A DNA stretch of 64,000 nt, taken from assembly GCA_007376135.1 (NCBI GenBank), contig VMFR01000006.1, forward strand, positions 3,273 through 67,272, given 5' to 3'. The DNA is from Parcubacteria group bacterium Gr01-1014_31 (GTDB taxonomy: Bacteria; Patescibacteriota; Patescibacteriia; Buchananbacterales; GWA2-38-13). Below are positions 35,906 to 44,120 of the stretch, piece by piece. The notes under the pieces were generated by a model that ran no database searches, was not told the origin of the DNA, and worked only from the letters and a program-made list of their open reading frames with translations. Within the stretch, counting starts at the first letter, position 1, and each line of letters begins with the position of its first letter. A program made the translations under genes and the position numbers.

Positions 35906-36139
35906 TCAGCGCCTGCGCGTATCCTCTTCCAGGCGCCCGATCTTCTTCAAGTACTCGCGCATCTTGCGGATTTCCATCCGGCGCAACGCGGAGTCGCGCT
36001 GCAAATTGCGGCTCTTATCCGGCTTATGGAAGCGGATTTTGCGGGTCTGGATCTGCTTGCCGCTCTGCTGCACCTTGCGGTTGAAGCGTCGGATTAAACT
36101 TTCGAAGGATTCGCCTTTCTTGCGTTTAATCTCAGCCAC
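35906..36139 (-). CDS. rpsU: 30S ribosomal protein S21
   Basis: The sequence ...AEIKRKKGESFESLIRRFNRKVQQSGKQIQTRKIRFHKPDKSRNLQRDSALRRMEIRKMREYLKK... belongs to the S21 family. GTG start with a GAGGTGA SD (alternative GTG at 36148). The remainder of track ORF 35906..36415 is an upstream extension. Confidence 0.75.
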   Translation of the reverse strand: MAEIKRKKGESFESLIRRFNRKVQQSGKQIQTRKIRFHKPDKSRNLQRDSALRRMEIRKMREYLKKIGRLEEDTRRR

Positions 36140-36327
36140 GTTCGTCACCTCACTTTCCGTGTCCGGAAAAATTCCGAACAGCAATGACGCCCCTGCATTA
36201 ATGCTTAATTTCGCGCTGTTTTTGCCAGCGCATTTGGGGCGTGATGTTGATAACTCTAATATAAAATCCACGTAAAAGCAAATCCTGCAAGACCACAAAC
36301 GGCAATAATTGTCAACAACAAAAAGTT

Positions 36328-36546
36328 TATCGTTCGAGCCCGGTCGAGAACCAGCTAAGTTGCTTCTCCACGCGCTCCGCTTGGTCGAAGGATAGTACTG
36401 TCCAAACACTGCCAAGAACTGCCTATCGTAAGGATATTACTGTTCGAGCCCGGTCGAGAACTTCTTTAAGGCGGGCTTCTCGACTCGTCCGCCTTCGGCG
36501 GCCTCGCTCGAAGGATACTTGATACTAGATACTTAATACTTCGTTT
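36328..36546. repeat. diverged tandem duplication of about 110 bp, each unit beginning with cgttcgagcccggtcgagaac
   Basis: The units are 36328-36437 and 36438-36546. The second ends in the GGATACT TGATACT AGATACT TAATACT heptad array. Confidence 0.5.
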
Positions 36547-36556
36547 TGGCTTGACT

Positions 36557-36585
36557 AAGCAACAAAAATCGGCTAGTATCACCAG
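36557..36585 (+). promoter_or_regulatory. sigma70-type promoter (TTGACT, 17 nt spacer, TAGTAT) for the 36835 gene, preceded by a 4x heptad array
   Basis: TTGACT aagcaacaaaaatcggc TAGTAT has perfect spacing. The NNATACT x4 array sits at -40 to -70, as an activator site would. A roughly 250-nt structured leader follows. Confidence 0.55.
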
Positions 36586-36608
36586 TTGTTCGTTGACAAC
36601 TGACAAAT

Positions 36609-36637
36609 GTCATCCCGGCCCCGGAGCCGGGATCCAG
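36609..36637. repeat. REP-like palindromic element GTCATCCCGGCCCCGGAGCCGGGATCCAG
   Basis: Hairpin ATCCCGGC/GCCGGGAT. Two related copies in inverted orientation occur at 40130-40198. Confidence 0.5.
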
Positions 36638-36834
36638 AAACCAAGAAACAAAAATGGCAGGCCCCGCTGCGAGTCGCAGCGCGGTCAAAGCCACAAACCC
36701 ATCAAGGAAAAAGTTTCAAAATTAAGATGGCAAGCCCAGATTTCTCCCCCTTTCGAAGGGGGAGGTAGAGGGGGTTAGGGCCAATTCCTTAATTCTTGAT
36801 TCTTGCTTCTTGATTCAATGGAACGGAGGTTCCC

Positions 36835-39800
36835 ATGTCTCGGATTCAGAATGTTCTGGTCGTCTTCGGTCGCCAAAGCTCTGCGTCAGCGACGCTCGTC
36901 GGCATCGTCGTCGCCCTGGTCGTCTCGACGGCTCCTGTCGCCACTCCCGTCCTGACTGTCGCCACGGTCATCGCCCTGCCCTCCCCCATCCACGCCCAAG
37001 TCCAACCTCCGAAGGTGGAGTGGGAACGGATCTACTACGACTTTGACTTTAGTGGTTTTGTTGAGAACGAAAACCTGTCAGTTCAGCAAACCAAAGACGG
37101 GGGGTTCATCGTAGTTGGTCGAACAGAGTCATCTGAGGCTAGATTGAGTGATATCCTGCTGCTAAAAACTGACACCGAGGGAAACCCAACGTGGCAGAAA
37201 ACGTATGGCGGTACAGGTGAAGATTGGGGATATTCGGTTCAACAGACCGCTGATGATGGTTACATCATAACAGGATACACCACCTCCTTTACTACCGGGA
37301 AAATTTACCTGCTAAAAACTGACACCGAGGGAAACCCAACGTGGCAGAAAACGTATGGAGCACCCGGCGATTTAGCCTGGTCAGCGCAACAAACCAACGA
37401 TGGGGGTTACGCTATCGCTGGTTCTGGATTTTCACTTGCCCGAGCTGGCGAGGTGTATGTGGCCAAAACTGACACTATTGGTACTGTAATCTGGCAACAA
37501 ACCTTCGGTGGTGAAAATGAAGACTCCGGCCACTCAATCCAGCAAACCTTTGGTGCTGATAAAAGTCCTAATGGTTATATAATAACCGGCAGGACGGATT
37601 CCTTCGGCGACGGAACGCCCCTTCATCCAGACGTCTACCTACTGAAAACTGACAATACAGGATCCTTGGTTTGGCAACAGACCTTCGGTGGACCGGCTAA
37701 CGACCAAGGCTGGTCGGCCCAACAAACTAGCGATGGCGGTTATGTACTAGCCGGATACACATTTTCTTTTGGTATCAACGGCGATGTCTACCTAATCAAG
37801 ACCGACGTCACCGGTTCCCTGGTTTGGCAACAGACCTATGGTGGATCATTAGGAGACACAGGAAGATCAGTCCAACAAACTACCGATGGTGGGTACATTA
37901 TTGCAGGTGAATCTCGGTCATTTGGATCAGGTAACGAGGATGTCTACCTAATCAAGACCGACGTCACCGGTTCCCTGGTTTGGCAACAGACCTATGGTGG
38001 TGCAAATCACGACTTGGGATTCTCAGTCCAACAGACTGTTGATGGTGGCTACATCGTGGTAGGATATTCCAATTCATTTAATCCTGCCAACTGGTGTGTC
38101 TACCTCGTCAAACTCGGCCCCGAGCGACCTACTCCCCCCACCCGCCACCAGCTGCACCTGTTCCGCGACAACCAGTTCGTCCCCCTCACCGATGAAGCCA
38201 GAGCAGACTTCGACCCCCAACTCCCCGCCATCGTCATCGTCCACGGCTGGAACAGCCACCTCCTCGACCAGCTCCCCGACTGGACCCTGCAGACCGCCCG
38301 CGCCCTGGCTGCCCGCGATACCAACCCCTACGTCAACCTCTTGGCCTGGGACTGGATGCTGGAAGCCAAAGGCAACGCCACCACCACCCTCAACCCGTTT
38401 GGCCTAGAAAAAGCCGCTGCCGAAGTCTACGACCAGTCAGCCAAACTGGCTTCCGCCCTGCGGCAAACGTTTGCCGCCCGCGGATTCACGCTACCGGTCC
38501 ACCTGATGGGCCACAGCCTGGGGTCGTTCGTAGTGACCTTCACCGGGCTGCAGCTCCAAGACCCGGCGTTCGGGACCACCTACGACGTCGCCAACGTTAC
38601 CCTCTGGGACCCGCCAGACGCAGTCCCCAACAGCCTGGCCGACAACGTCCCCTTGCTGCGCAGCCTGGGCACCTACGTCGACAACTTCCGCGGCGCCTTC
38701 AACCGCAAAACGTACTTCGCCAACGCCTGGGTAGCTGCCCCGTCGGCCAGCGACGACGGCACCACGTCCCACGACACCTACCGCTGGTACCGCGACCGCG
38801 TCCAGCCTGCCGACGAACCCATCCTCCACACCACCCTCACCTGCACCGACGATCGCTACAACGGCACCGTCGGCTTCGGCGCCTCGGCCACCCACGCGCC
38901 ACCCACGCGCCAGCTGCGCTTCCCGTGCGATGCGGGTAACCTCGGCATCTCGCTAGTTGCCGACTCCGCCGATACGCGCTGCGCGGACGCCCGCGACCTG
39001 ACCATCTACGGCCAGTACTGCGTGGCGGATGCCCGCACGACCCCCGTCCTTACCCTCAAATTGGATACTGGCGTTGGCAGCAACCTCTGTGATTGCCTCC
39101 TTCCCACCGACCTGGAGCTGCGCATGAGGATCAAGCCTCGGCAAGCGCTTCGGGGACAAGGTGGAGCCGATGACGACCTGACCGCCACCTACACCCTGCC
39201 CCTCACCGTCGCTGAACCGTGGGATTTCCTGCAGTTTAGCTACCAGTTCGTTGCCGTTCCGGCCCCCGCCGCGCTCACCGTGAGCGTCATTGACGGCGTT
39301 GACGAAACGCCGCTGCTGGCGCTGACGTCGGAGCAAAACCCCATCGGGGTTGAACGGCTCTCGCCGCTGCTGGATATTTCGTCCTTCCGCGGCAAAACCG
39401 TTGACCTGGTGTTTTCGCTCACGTCCTCACAGGAGGGCGCAAGCGTTGAGGTTGCCAACCTCACAGCGCTGCAAAGCGCGTTCCACGCCAACGTCCCGCC
39501 CACCGTGTCCGCGGGTGCAGACCAAGCCGTCGCCGTTACCGACCCCCTCTTCACTGCCGTTACCCTGAACGGTTCGGCCACATCGGACCCCAACGGCGAC
39601 CCGCTCGTGTACGCGTGGACGCTGCCCTCCGGTATTGCGGCCGTCGGTGTACAACCGACGCTCGCCCTGCCCCTGGGCGGCTACCCGTTCACGCTGCATG
39701 CGCGCGACCCGTTCGACGGGTTTGGGTTCGACGAGACCGTCGTCGAGGTGGAGTATCCGTTCGTGCGCGGCGATGCCAATGCCGATGGCGAAGTGAACAT

Positions 39801-40026
39801 CACCGACCCCATCGTCACGCTTTCCGCGCTGTTCCTGGACCCCACCGTCATCCTGTGCCGCGATGCGGCCGATGCCAACGACAGCGATACCGTCGACATC
39901 TCCGACCCTATCGCGACCCTCGGGTTCCTGTTCCTGGGGACGCCGGCCGCGCTGCCCGCGCCCTCCCCTGCGCCGGGGCTCGACCCCACGCCTGACCTTT
40001 TGGGCTGCATCCTACCGCGGCCCTGA
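36835..40026 (+). CDS. secreted multi-domain protein: beta-propeller repeats + lipase-like alpha/beta hydrolase + PKD-like domain + C-terminal dockerin-like module with conserved Cys tail
   Basis: GGAGG SD. Signal peptide. About seven 47-aa repeats (...G(Y)xxxGxTxSFGxGxxDVYL(I/L)KTDxxGxxxWQ(Q/K)TYGG...SVQQTxDGGY...), some duplicated exactly at DNA level. Lipase motifs IVIVHGWNS and GHSLGS. A PKD-like domain (VSAGADQAV...LNGSATSDPNGDPLVYAWTL). The C-terminus reads GDANADGEVNITDPIVTLSALFLD...CRDAADANDSDTVDISDPIATLGFLFLG...PGLDPTPDLLGCILPRP. Confidence 0.8.
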   Translation: MSRIQNVLVVFGRQSSASATLVGIVVALVVSTAPVATPVLTVATVIALPSPIHAQVQPPKVEWERIYYDFDFSGFVENENLSVQQTKDGGFIVVGRTESSEARLSDILLLKTDTEGNPTWQKTYGGTGEDWGYSVQQTADDGYIITGYTTSFTTGKIYLLKTDTEGNPTWQKTYGAPGDLAWSAQQTNDGGYAIAGSGFSLARAGEVYVAKTDTIGTVIWQQTFGGENEDSGHSIQQTFGADKSPNGYIITGRTDSFGDGTPLHPDVYLLKTDNTGSLVWQQTFGGPANDQGWSAQQTSDGGYVLAGYTFSFGINGDVYLIKTDVTGSLVWQQTYGGSLGDTGRSVQQTTDGGYIIAGESRSFGSGNEDVYLIKTDVTGSLVWQQTYGGANHDLGFSVQQTVDGGYIVVGYSNSFNPANWCVYLVKLGPERPTPPTRHQLHLFRDNQFVPLTDEARADFDPQLPAIVIVHGWNSHLLDQLPDWTLQTARALAARDTNPYVNLLAWDWMLEAKGNATTTLNPFGLEKAAAEVYDQSAKLASALRQTFAARGFTLPVHLMGHSLGSFVVTFTGLQLQDPAFGTTYDVANVTLWDPPDAVPNSLADNVPLLRSLGTYVDNFRGAFNRKTYFANAWVAAPSASDDGTTSHDTYRWYRDRVQPADEPILHTTLTCTDDRYNGTVGFGASATHAPPTRQLRFPCDAGNLGISLVADSADTRCADARDLTIYGQYCVADARTTPVLTLKLDTGVGSNLCDCLLPTDLELRMRIKPRQALRGQGGADDDLTATYTLPLTVAEPWDFLQFSYQFVAVPAPAALTVSVIDGVDETPLLALTSEQNPIGVERLSPLLDISSFRGKTVDLVFSLTSSQEGASVEVANLTALQSAFHANVPPTVSAGADQAVAVTDPLFTAVTLNGSATSDPNGDPLVYAWTLPSGIAAVGVQPTLALPLGGYPFTLHARDPFDGFGFDETVVEVEYPFVRGDANADGEVNITDPIVTLSALFLDPTVILCRDAADANDSDTVDISDPIATLGFLFLGTPAALPAPSPAPGLDPTPDLLGCILPRP

Positions 40027-40040
40027 CGTCCTTTTGTCCG

Positions 40041-40092
40041 GCATACCCCGGTATGCCCAACGGCTCGACAGCACCAGTCGAGCCGTTTTTTT
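40041..40092 (+). terminator. intrinsic terminator(s) after the 36835 gene
   Basis: ggcataccccggtatgcc hairpin, then ggctcgacagcaccagtcgagcc followed by TTTTTTT (40086-40092). Confidence 0.65.
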
Positions 40093-40129
40093 ATCGCCCC
40101 ACCCCAGGCAGGAAAGTAGATAGAAAAAC

Positions 40130-40198
40130 GTCATCCCCGCGCCGCAGCGGGGATCCAGTAACCCGATTCTGGATCCCGGGTCAGGGCCCGGGATGACA
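40130..40198. repeat. pair of REP-like hairpin elements in inverted orientation
   Basis: gtcatccccgcgccgcagcggggatccag ... ctggatcccgggtcagggcccgggatgac, the same family as 36609-36637. Confidence 0.5.
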
Positions 40199-40250
40199 TC
40201 AAGTGTTGAATGCCCATGGACGCATCGCCGGCAAGGCGATCCGGGCCACA

Positions 40251-40284
40251 GTAAGAAAGCGCCGCATATGCGGCGCTTTCTTAC
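40251..40284. repeat. perfect 34-bp palindrome GTAAGAAAGCGCCGCATATGCGGCGCTTTCTTAC
   Basis: 17+17 nt perfect inverted repeat immediately 3' of hisS. No flanking T-run on either strand. Confidence 0.6.
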
Positions 40285-40298
40285 TGCGACTGACTACT

Positions 40299-41846
40299 CT
40301 ATATCCCCTCAACCAAATTTTCATCGGAGTCGGGTAGCGATAGCTGACTGCCGCTCGATGACCGCTGCTTCTTGCCGGATGGCTTTGGCTGCGGCGCTTC
40401 GGCCTCTGGAGCCGTAACTGGCGTTTCGCCCTCGACCGGCGCAACTGCGCCTTCCTCAATAATAGGTGATGCCGCGCCGTTCTTCAGTTTCCGCTCCAGG
40501 TCCCCGGAGATCTTGTCGTAGCCGATGATCTCCTGCACCCCGCCGTCCATGTCGCGGATGAGGACCGTGCCGTCCAGCACTTCCTTCTGGCCAATGATGA
40601 TGGCGTAGCGCGCGTGCTGCTTGTTGGCGATCTCCAGCTGCGCCTTCAGGCTATCCTTGGAAAAATTTTCGCTGACCGCGAAGCCCTCGCGGCGCAGGCG
40701 CTCGAACAGCTTCAACGCCTTGATTTTGGCCTGCTCGCCGATCTGCGCCACGAACACGTCGGGCGCCTTGGGAGCCGCCGGGCTCACGTTCATTTCCTTC
40801 AGCCGCAGGATGAGGCGGTCGATGCCGACCGCAAAACCGGCCGCGGGCGTGGGATTGCCGCCCATCAGCCCCAGGAGATCGTCGTAACGGCCGCCGCCGC
40901 CCAACGCCGCGGTGCTGCCCGCCGCGTCCGCCGTGGGCCAGACCTCGAACACCGTGCGGGTGTAGTAGTCCAGGCCGCGCACCAGGTACGGGTTGAGCAC
41001 GTACGGAATTTCCATTCCATCCAGGTACTCGACGACCGCCATGAAATGCTTCTTGCAGGCATCGTCCACCCAGTCCAGCAACTGCGGCGCGCCCGCGATG
41101 TGCTGCTGGCAGTTGGCGTTCTTGCAGTCGAGCAGGCGCAGCGGGTTTTTGGAAAGCCGCTTCTTACAATCCTCACACAGGTAGCGGCGCTTGGGTTTGT
41201 AGTAGTTGACCAGCTCGGTGCGGTACTCCGCGCGGCAGGTGGCGCAACCCAGGCTATTGAGCTGGATGCTGACCGGCGCGATACCCAGCTGCTCGCACAA
41301 GTGGTAGAACATCGCGACCAGCTGCGCATCCACGACCGCCGCCCCCGACCCGATGACCTCGACGCCGAATTGCGTGAACTGGCGGTACCGGCCATGCTGC
41401 GGGCGCTCGCGGCGGAAGGCCGGACCCCAGTAGGCCACGCGGATCGGCTGCGGATTGTTCAACAGGCCGTGCTCGATGTACGCGCGCACCACGCCGGGGG
41501 TGAACTCGGGGCGCAGGGCCACATTCTCGCCGCCCGTATCGGTGAAGGAGAACATTTCCTTGGTGACGATGTCCGAATGGCGCCCGGCCGCGCGGGAGAA
41601 CAGCGCGACGTCCTCCAGCACCGGCGGGTCGATCCAGCCGAAACCGTAGCCGGTCGCCAACTCATCGGCGACCTGGCGCACGTGGCGCCACACCAGCTGG
41701 TCGGCCGGCAGCAGGTCGCGGAAACCGCGCAACGACCGCGGCGTGGGCGGGCCGGTGCGGACCGGCGGAAGAACGGCAGCACCCGGTTTCGAGGTGAATA
41801 CGGGTTTCGCAGCGGGTTTGGGGGAAGCCATAACAATAAAATTCAA
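40299..41846 (-). CDS. hisS: histidine--tRNA ligase
   Basis: Class II aaRS motifs aligned to HisS (...RGFRDLLPADQLVWRHV..., EMFSFTDTGGENVALRPEFTPGVVRAYIEHGL, GPAFRRERPQHGRYRQFTQFGVEVIG, GGGRYDDL), plus a C-terminal anticodon-binding domain and an acidic or Ser-rich tail. Confidence 0.9.
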   Translation of the reverse strand: MNFIVMASPKPAAKPVFTSKPGAAVLPPVRTGPPTPRSLRGFRDLLPADQLVWRHVRQVADELATGYGFGWIDPPVLEDVALFSRAAGRHSDIVTKEMFSFTDTGGENVALRPEFTPGVVRAYIEHGLLNNPQPIRVAYWGPAFRRERPQHGRYRQFTQFGVEVIGSGAAVVDAQLVAMFYHLCEQLGIAPVSIQLNSLGCATCRAEYRTELVNYYKPKRRYLCEDCKKRLSKNPLRLLDCKNANCQQHIAGAPQLLDWVDDACKKHFMAVVEYLDGMEIPYVLNPYLVRGLDYYTRTVFEVWPTADAAGSTAALGGGGRYDDLLGLMGGNPTPAAGFAVGIDRLILRLKEMNVSPAAPKAPDVFVAQIGEQAKIKALKLFERLRREGFAVSENFSKDSLKAQLEIANKQHARYAIIIGQKEVLDGTVLIRDMDGGVQEIIGYDKISGDLERKLKNGAASPIIEEGAVAPVEGETPVTAPEAEAPQPKPSGKKQRSSSGSQLSLPDSDENLVEGI

Positions 41847-41849
41847 AAG

Positions 41850-42290
41850 TCAAAAGGTAAAAGGCAAAAGTAAAGGTAAAAAATTAAAAGTTCTTTTGTT
41901 TTAATTTGATGACACCACTGGCAAGCATATTGGCAAGTTCAGTAACTTCCTGAAGTAATCCGTCAATCACAGCCGGTACCGCGAGCCCGGCATCTTTCAG
42001 TAGGCCAAGCCAGTACTTGGTTTCATTCGCACTCTTCAACGAAATCTCATAAAATTTCTTGAATTCCAGACGTGAGCTAGAGGCTCGGGCCTCAACGAGA
42101 TTTGCTCCGACCGACGTCGCCGACCGGATGAGTTGGTCTGCCAACACCCACGCGCTGCGGCGGTTTGGCAGCGTATCGGTCAGCGCAATGACTTGTAAAC
42201 TGAAACGATAGCAGCGGTCACGGAGGTCACTTTTAAATTTTGGATTGTCATTTTGCATTTTGGCTTTTGCCTTTTGACTTTCCTACGGCA
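41850..42290. mobile_element. low-GC insertion carrying a 23S-rRNA-IVS-type four-helix-bundle gene, flanked by AT-rich inverted repeats
   Basis: Left 41850-41885 reads aaagtcaaaaggtaaaaggcaaaagtaaaggtaaaa. Right 42259-42290 reads cattttggcttttgccttttgacttt. The reverse complement of the left repeat is approximately ttttacctttacttttgccttttaccttttgacttt. Gene GC is about 47%. Confidence 0.4.
41884..42258 (-). CDS. four-helix-bundle protein (23S rRNA intervening-sequence protein family)
   Basis: 124 aa. The sequence ...FKSDLRDRCYRFSLQVIALTDTLPNRRSAWVLADQLIRSATSVGANLVEARASSSRLEFKKFYEISLKSANETKYWLGLL... matches the family pattern (F.dL.vw..a......t..fP..E...L..Q.rRAa.SI.aNiaEG..R.s..EF..Fl.ia.gS..E....L). 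Confidence 0.8.
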   Translation of the reverse strand: MQNDNPKFKSDLRDRCYRFSLQVIALTDTLPNRRSAWVLADQLIRSATSVGANLVEARASSSRLEFKKFYEISLKSANETKYWLGLLKDAGLAVPAVIDGLLQEVTELANMLASGVIKLKQKNF

Positions 42291-42918
42291 GATTATAATC
42301 CGGCGGCTCCAGGAACAGATCCAACTTTGCCAGCGGCCAGCCGCGGAGAAAGACCCGGCCGGTGATGAAGCGGCGATTGACCGCGCCAAAATAGCGGGAA
42401 TCCAGCGACTCGGCCCGGTTGTCGCCCAACAGGAAAAATTCGTCGTCAGCCAGCTTGACCGTCTTTGCGCCATCCACTTTCGTACCAGCCGGCAGGTAAG
42501 TTTCGTCCAACGCCACGGCCGCATCCTGGCCCACCGGCGTCACCAGAACTTTGCCGTCGCTGATCTGCACCTGCTCGCCGGGCAGGCCGACGATGCGCTT
42601 GATGAAATAGTCGCGCGGATTGAGCGGGTAACGGAAAACCACCACCTCCCCGCGCTTGGGCTGGCGGAAACGGTAGGTGATCTCGTCAATGATGAGATAC
42701 TCGTGGTCGGTAAAACTCGGCTCCATCGACGCGCCCTTGACGTAGAATGGCTGGATCAAAAAGTACCGGATGGGCACGATGATGGCCAGGCTGATGCCGA
42801 CGACCTTCACCAGCTCCCAAACGAACACCAGCGCGTCGCGCCACATTGATGGCGGCCGCATTGGCTCTTCCGACGGCGGGCGGGAGCGGCGAAACAAGGA
42901 CATAGAGAGGAAGGGCAA
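42283..42918 (-). CDS. lepB: signal peptidase I
   Basis: N-terminal TM, catalytic Ser box VKGASMEPSF, and Lys box region ...GDNRAESLDSRYFG. Confidence 0.85.
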   Translation of the reverse strand: MPFLSMSLFRRSRPPSEEPMRPPSMWRDALVFVWELVKVVGISLAIIVPIRYFLIQPFYVKGASMEPSFTDHEYLIIDEITYRFRQPKRGEVVVFRYPLNPRDYFIKRIVGLPGEQVQISDGKVLVTPVGQDAAVALDETYLPAGTKVDGAKTVKLADDEFFLLGDNRAESLDSRYFGAVNRRFITGRVFLRGWPLAKLDLFLEPPDYNLP

Positions 42919-42939
42919 AAGTTATCACCGCCATGGCGG

Positions 42940-42990
42940 CCACCGCCGTAGGCGGGGTCCCGCAGGATGCGGTGAGATCCCACCGACCTT
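42940..42990. repeat. roughly 50 bp repeat copy 1 (ccaccgccgtaggcggggtcccgcaggatgcggtgagatcccaccgacctt)
   Basis: A near-identical direct repeat at 43934-43987 brackets the glycerophosphodiesterase gene. Confidence 0.55.
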
Positions 42991-43047
42991 ATCTCATTAC
43001 AAGACGGTGGCGGGAAAAGGCAACAATCAAAAGTGTGATATCGGAAT

Positions 43048-43713
43048 TTATATCAAATCGGGAAAATTGGACATGATGCCGTCCACGCCCAGCCCCTTCA
43101 GGTGTGCAATGGCCTCGGCGTCATCCACCGTCCAAACAAAGACCTTGACGCCGGCGCGATGGGCGGCCGTCAGCAGCCGCTTGCGGAACGCGCTGTGCGA
43201 TACGACAATAGCCTCCGCCTGCACCAGCTGGGCGAACCGCAGGCAGGTACCAACCGTTGCGGGCGCCGAGGTCAGCAGCGCGGCCACCCGCAACGCGGGG
43301 TCGATGGCCTTCAGCCGCAGCAGCTCGGCGGAAAGGAATGAAGAGAAGAGCACCCGGTGGTGGCAGTTGAGCGCCTTGACCACGGCGGCAGCGGCCTCCG
43401 CCAGTCCGCGTTCCTTGAGCTCCACATTGATCTCGCAGGCATCGGTCAAAGCCGGCAGCACGTCGGCCAGCCGCGGGATGACCTGTCCGCCGACCTGATG
43501 CTGCTGCAGCTCGGTGAAACTCAGTTCTCGCAGCGTCACCGCGTTGCCGGTCAGCCGGTCCAGCCGTGCGTCGTGACAGACGACCAACTCATGGTCGCGC
43601 GTACGCCGCACGTCCAGCTCGATCATATCCACCTCCAGTTCCAACGCTTTGTGGAATGCCGCCCACGTGTTCTCGGGCGCGTAGCCCGACGCCCCGCGAT
43701 GGGCAATGCGCAT
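43048..43713 (-). CDS. glycerophosphodiester phosphodiesterase (GDPD family)
   Basis: The sequence MRIAHRGASGYAPENTWAAFHKALELEVDMIELDVRRTRDHELVVCHDARL... matches the GDPD signature (HRG...ENT...AF...G.D.IE.DV..T.D...VV.HD). The track ORF extends to 43908, so alternative upstream starts would add a possible signal peptide. Confidence 0.8.
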   Translation of the reverse strand: MRIAHRGASGYAPENTWAAFHKALELEVDMIELDVRRTRDHELVVCHDARLDRLTGNAVTLRELSFTELQQHQVGGQVIPRLADVLPALTDACEINVELKERGLAEAAAAVVKALNCHHRVLFSSFLSAELLRLKAIDPALRVAALLTSAPATVGTCLRFAQLVQAEAIVVSHSAFRKRLLTAAHRAGVKVFVWTVDDAEAIAHLKGLGVDGIMSNFPDLI

Positions 43714-43933
43714 GACCTGGCGGCTGCCGCTGGTCGGAGCGGCCGCGGCGACCGCGACATGCCGGGCACCGGGAAATAAAAAATTCCGGGCCATGGCGGA
43801 CCACCCGTACCCGCGGTACCAACGTTGCGGCGAAGGAAAAATGCGCTTGAACACGAACGTAGAAAATGCCGGGAGACTGAGGGGTAAAGAAGGGAATGGT
43901 GGATGCACCTGGACTCGTCACCGCCATCCGGCA

Positions 43934-43987
43934 GCCACCGCGGTCGGCGGCGTCGCGCAGGATGCGGCGAGATCCCGCCGACTTTTT
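43934..43987. repeat. roughly 50 bp repeat copy 2 with hairpin GTCGGCGG...CCGCCGAC followed by TTTTT
   Basis: cagccaccgcggtcggcggcgtcgcgcaggatgcggcgagatcccgccgacttttt. This is a direct repeat of 42940-42990 and lies adjacent to tRNA-Val. Confidence 0.55.
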
Positions 43988-44043
43988 AATAATAAATTTC
44001 GGGGCGGGAAGCCAGGGACCTCTGCGACCCGCCTGCCAAAGCA

Positions 44044-44120
44044 ATGGTGGTCACGCCTGGGCTCGAACCAGGGACCTCGCCGATGTGAACGGCGCGCTCT
44101 AACCAACTGAGCTACGTGAC
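44044..44120 (-). tRNA. tRNA-Val (anticodon CAC), CCA encoded
   Basis: The reverse complement folds as a cloverleaf. Acceptor GGTCACG/CGTGACC. D-arm GCTC-AGTTGGTTA-GAGC. Anticodon arm CGCCG-TTCACAT-CGGCG. Variable loop AGGTC. T-arm CCTGG-TTCGAGC-CCAGG. Discriminator A, then CCA. Confidence 0.85.

Noticed and set aside
36328-36546. GTTCGAGCCCGG motifs resembling a tRNA T-arm in the tandem repeat
   Set aside because: Flanking sequence cannot form a T-stem, acceptor stem or anticodon arm. No cloverleaf. Treated as a plain tandem repeat.
40614-41873. 419-aa plus-strand ORF
   Set aside because: Antisense to hisS, low-complexity RA-rich translation.
42770-43498. 242-aa plus-strand ORF spanning the lepB-GDPD intergenic region
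   Set aside because: Overlaps two well-supported minus-strand genes and their intergenic repeats. Ser/Ala/Arg-rich with no family features.
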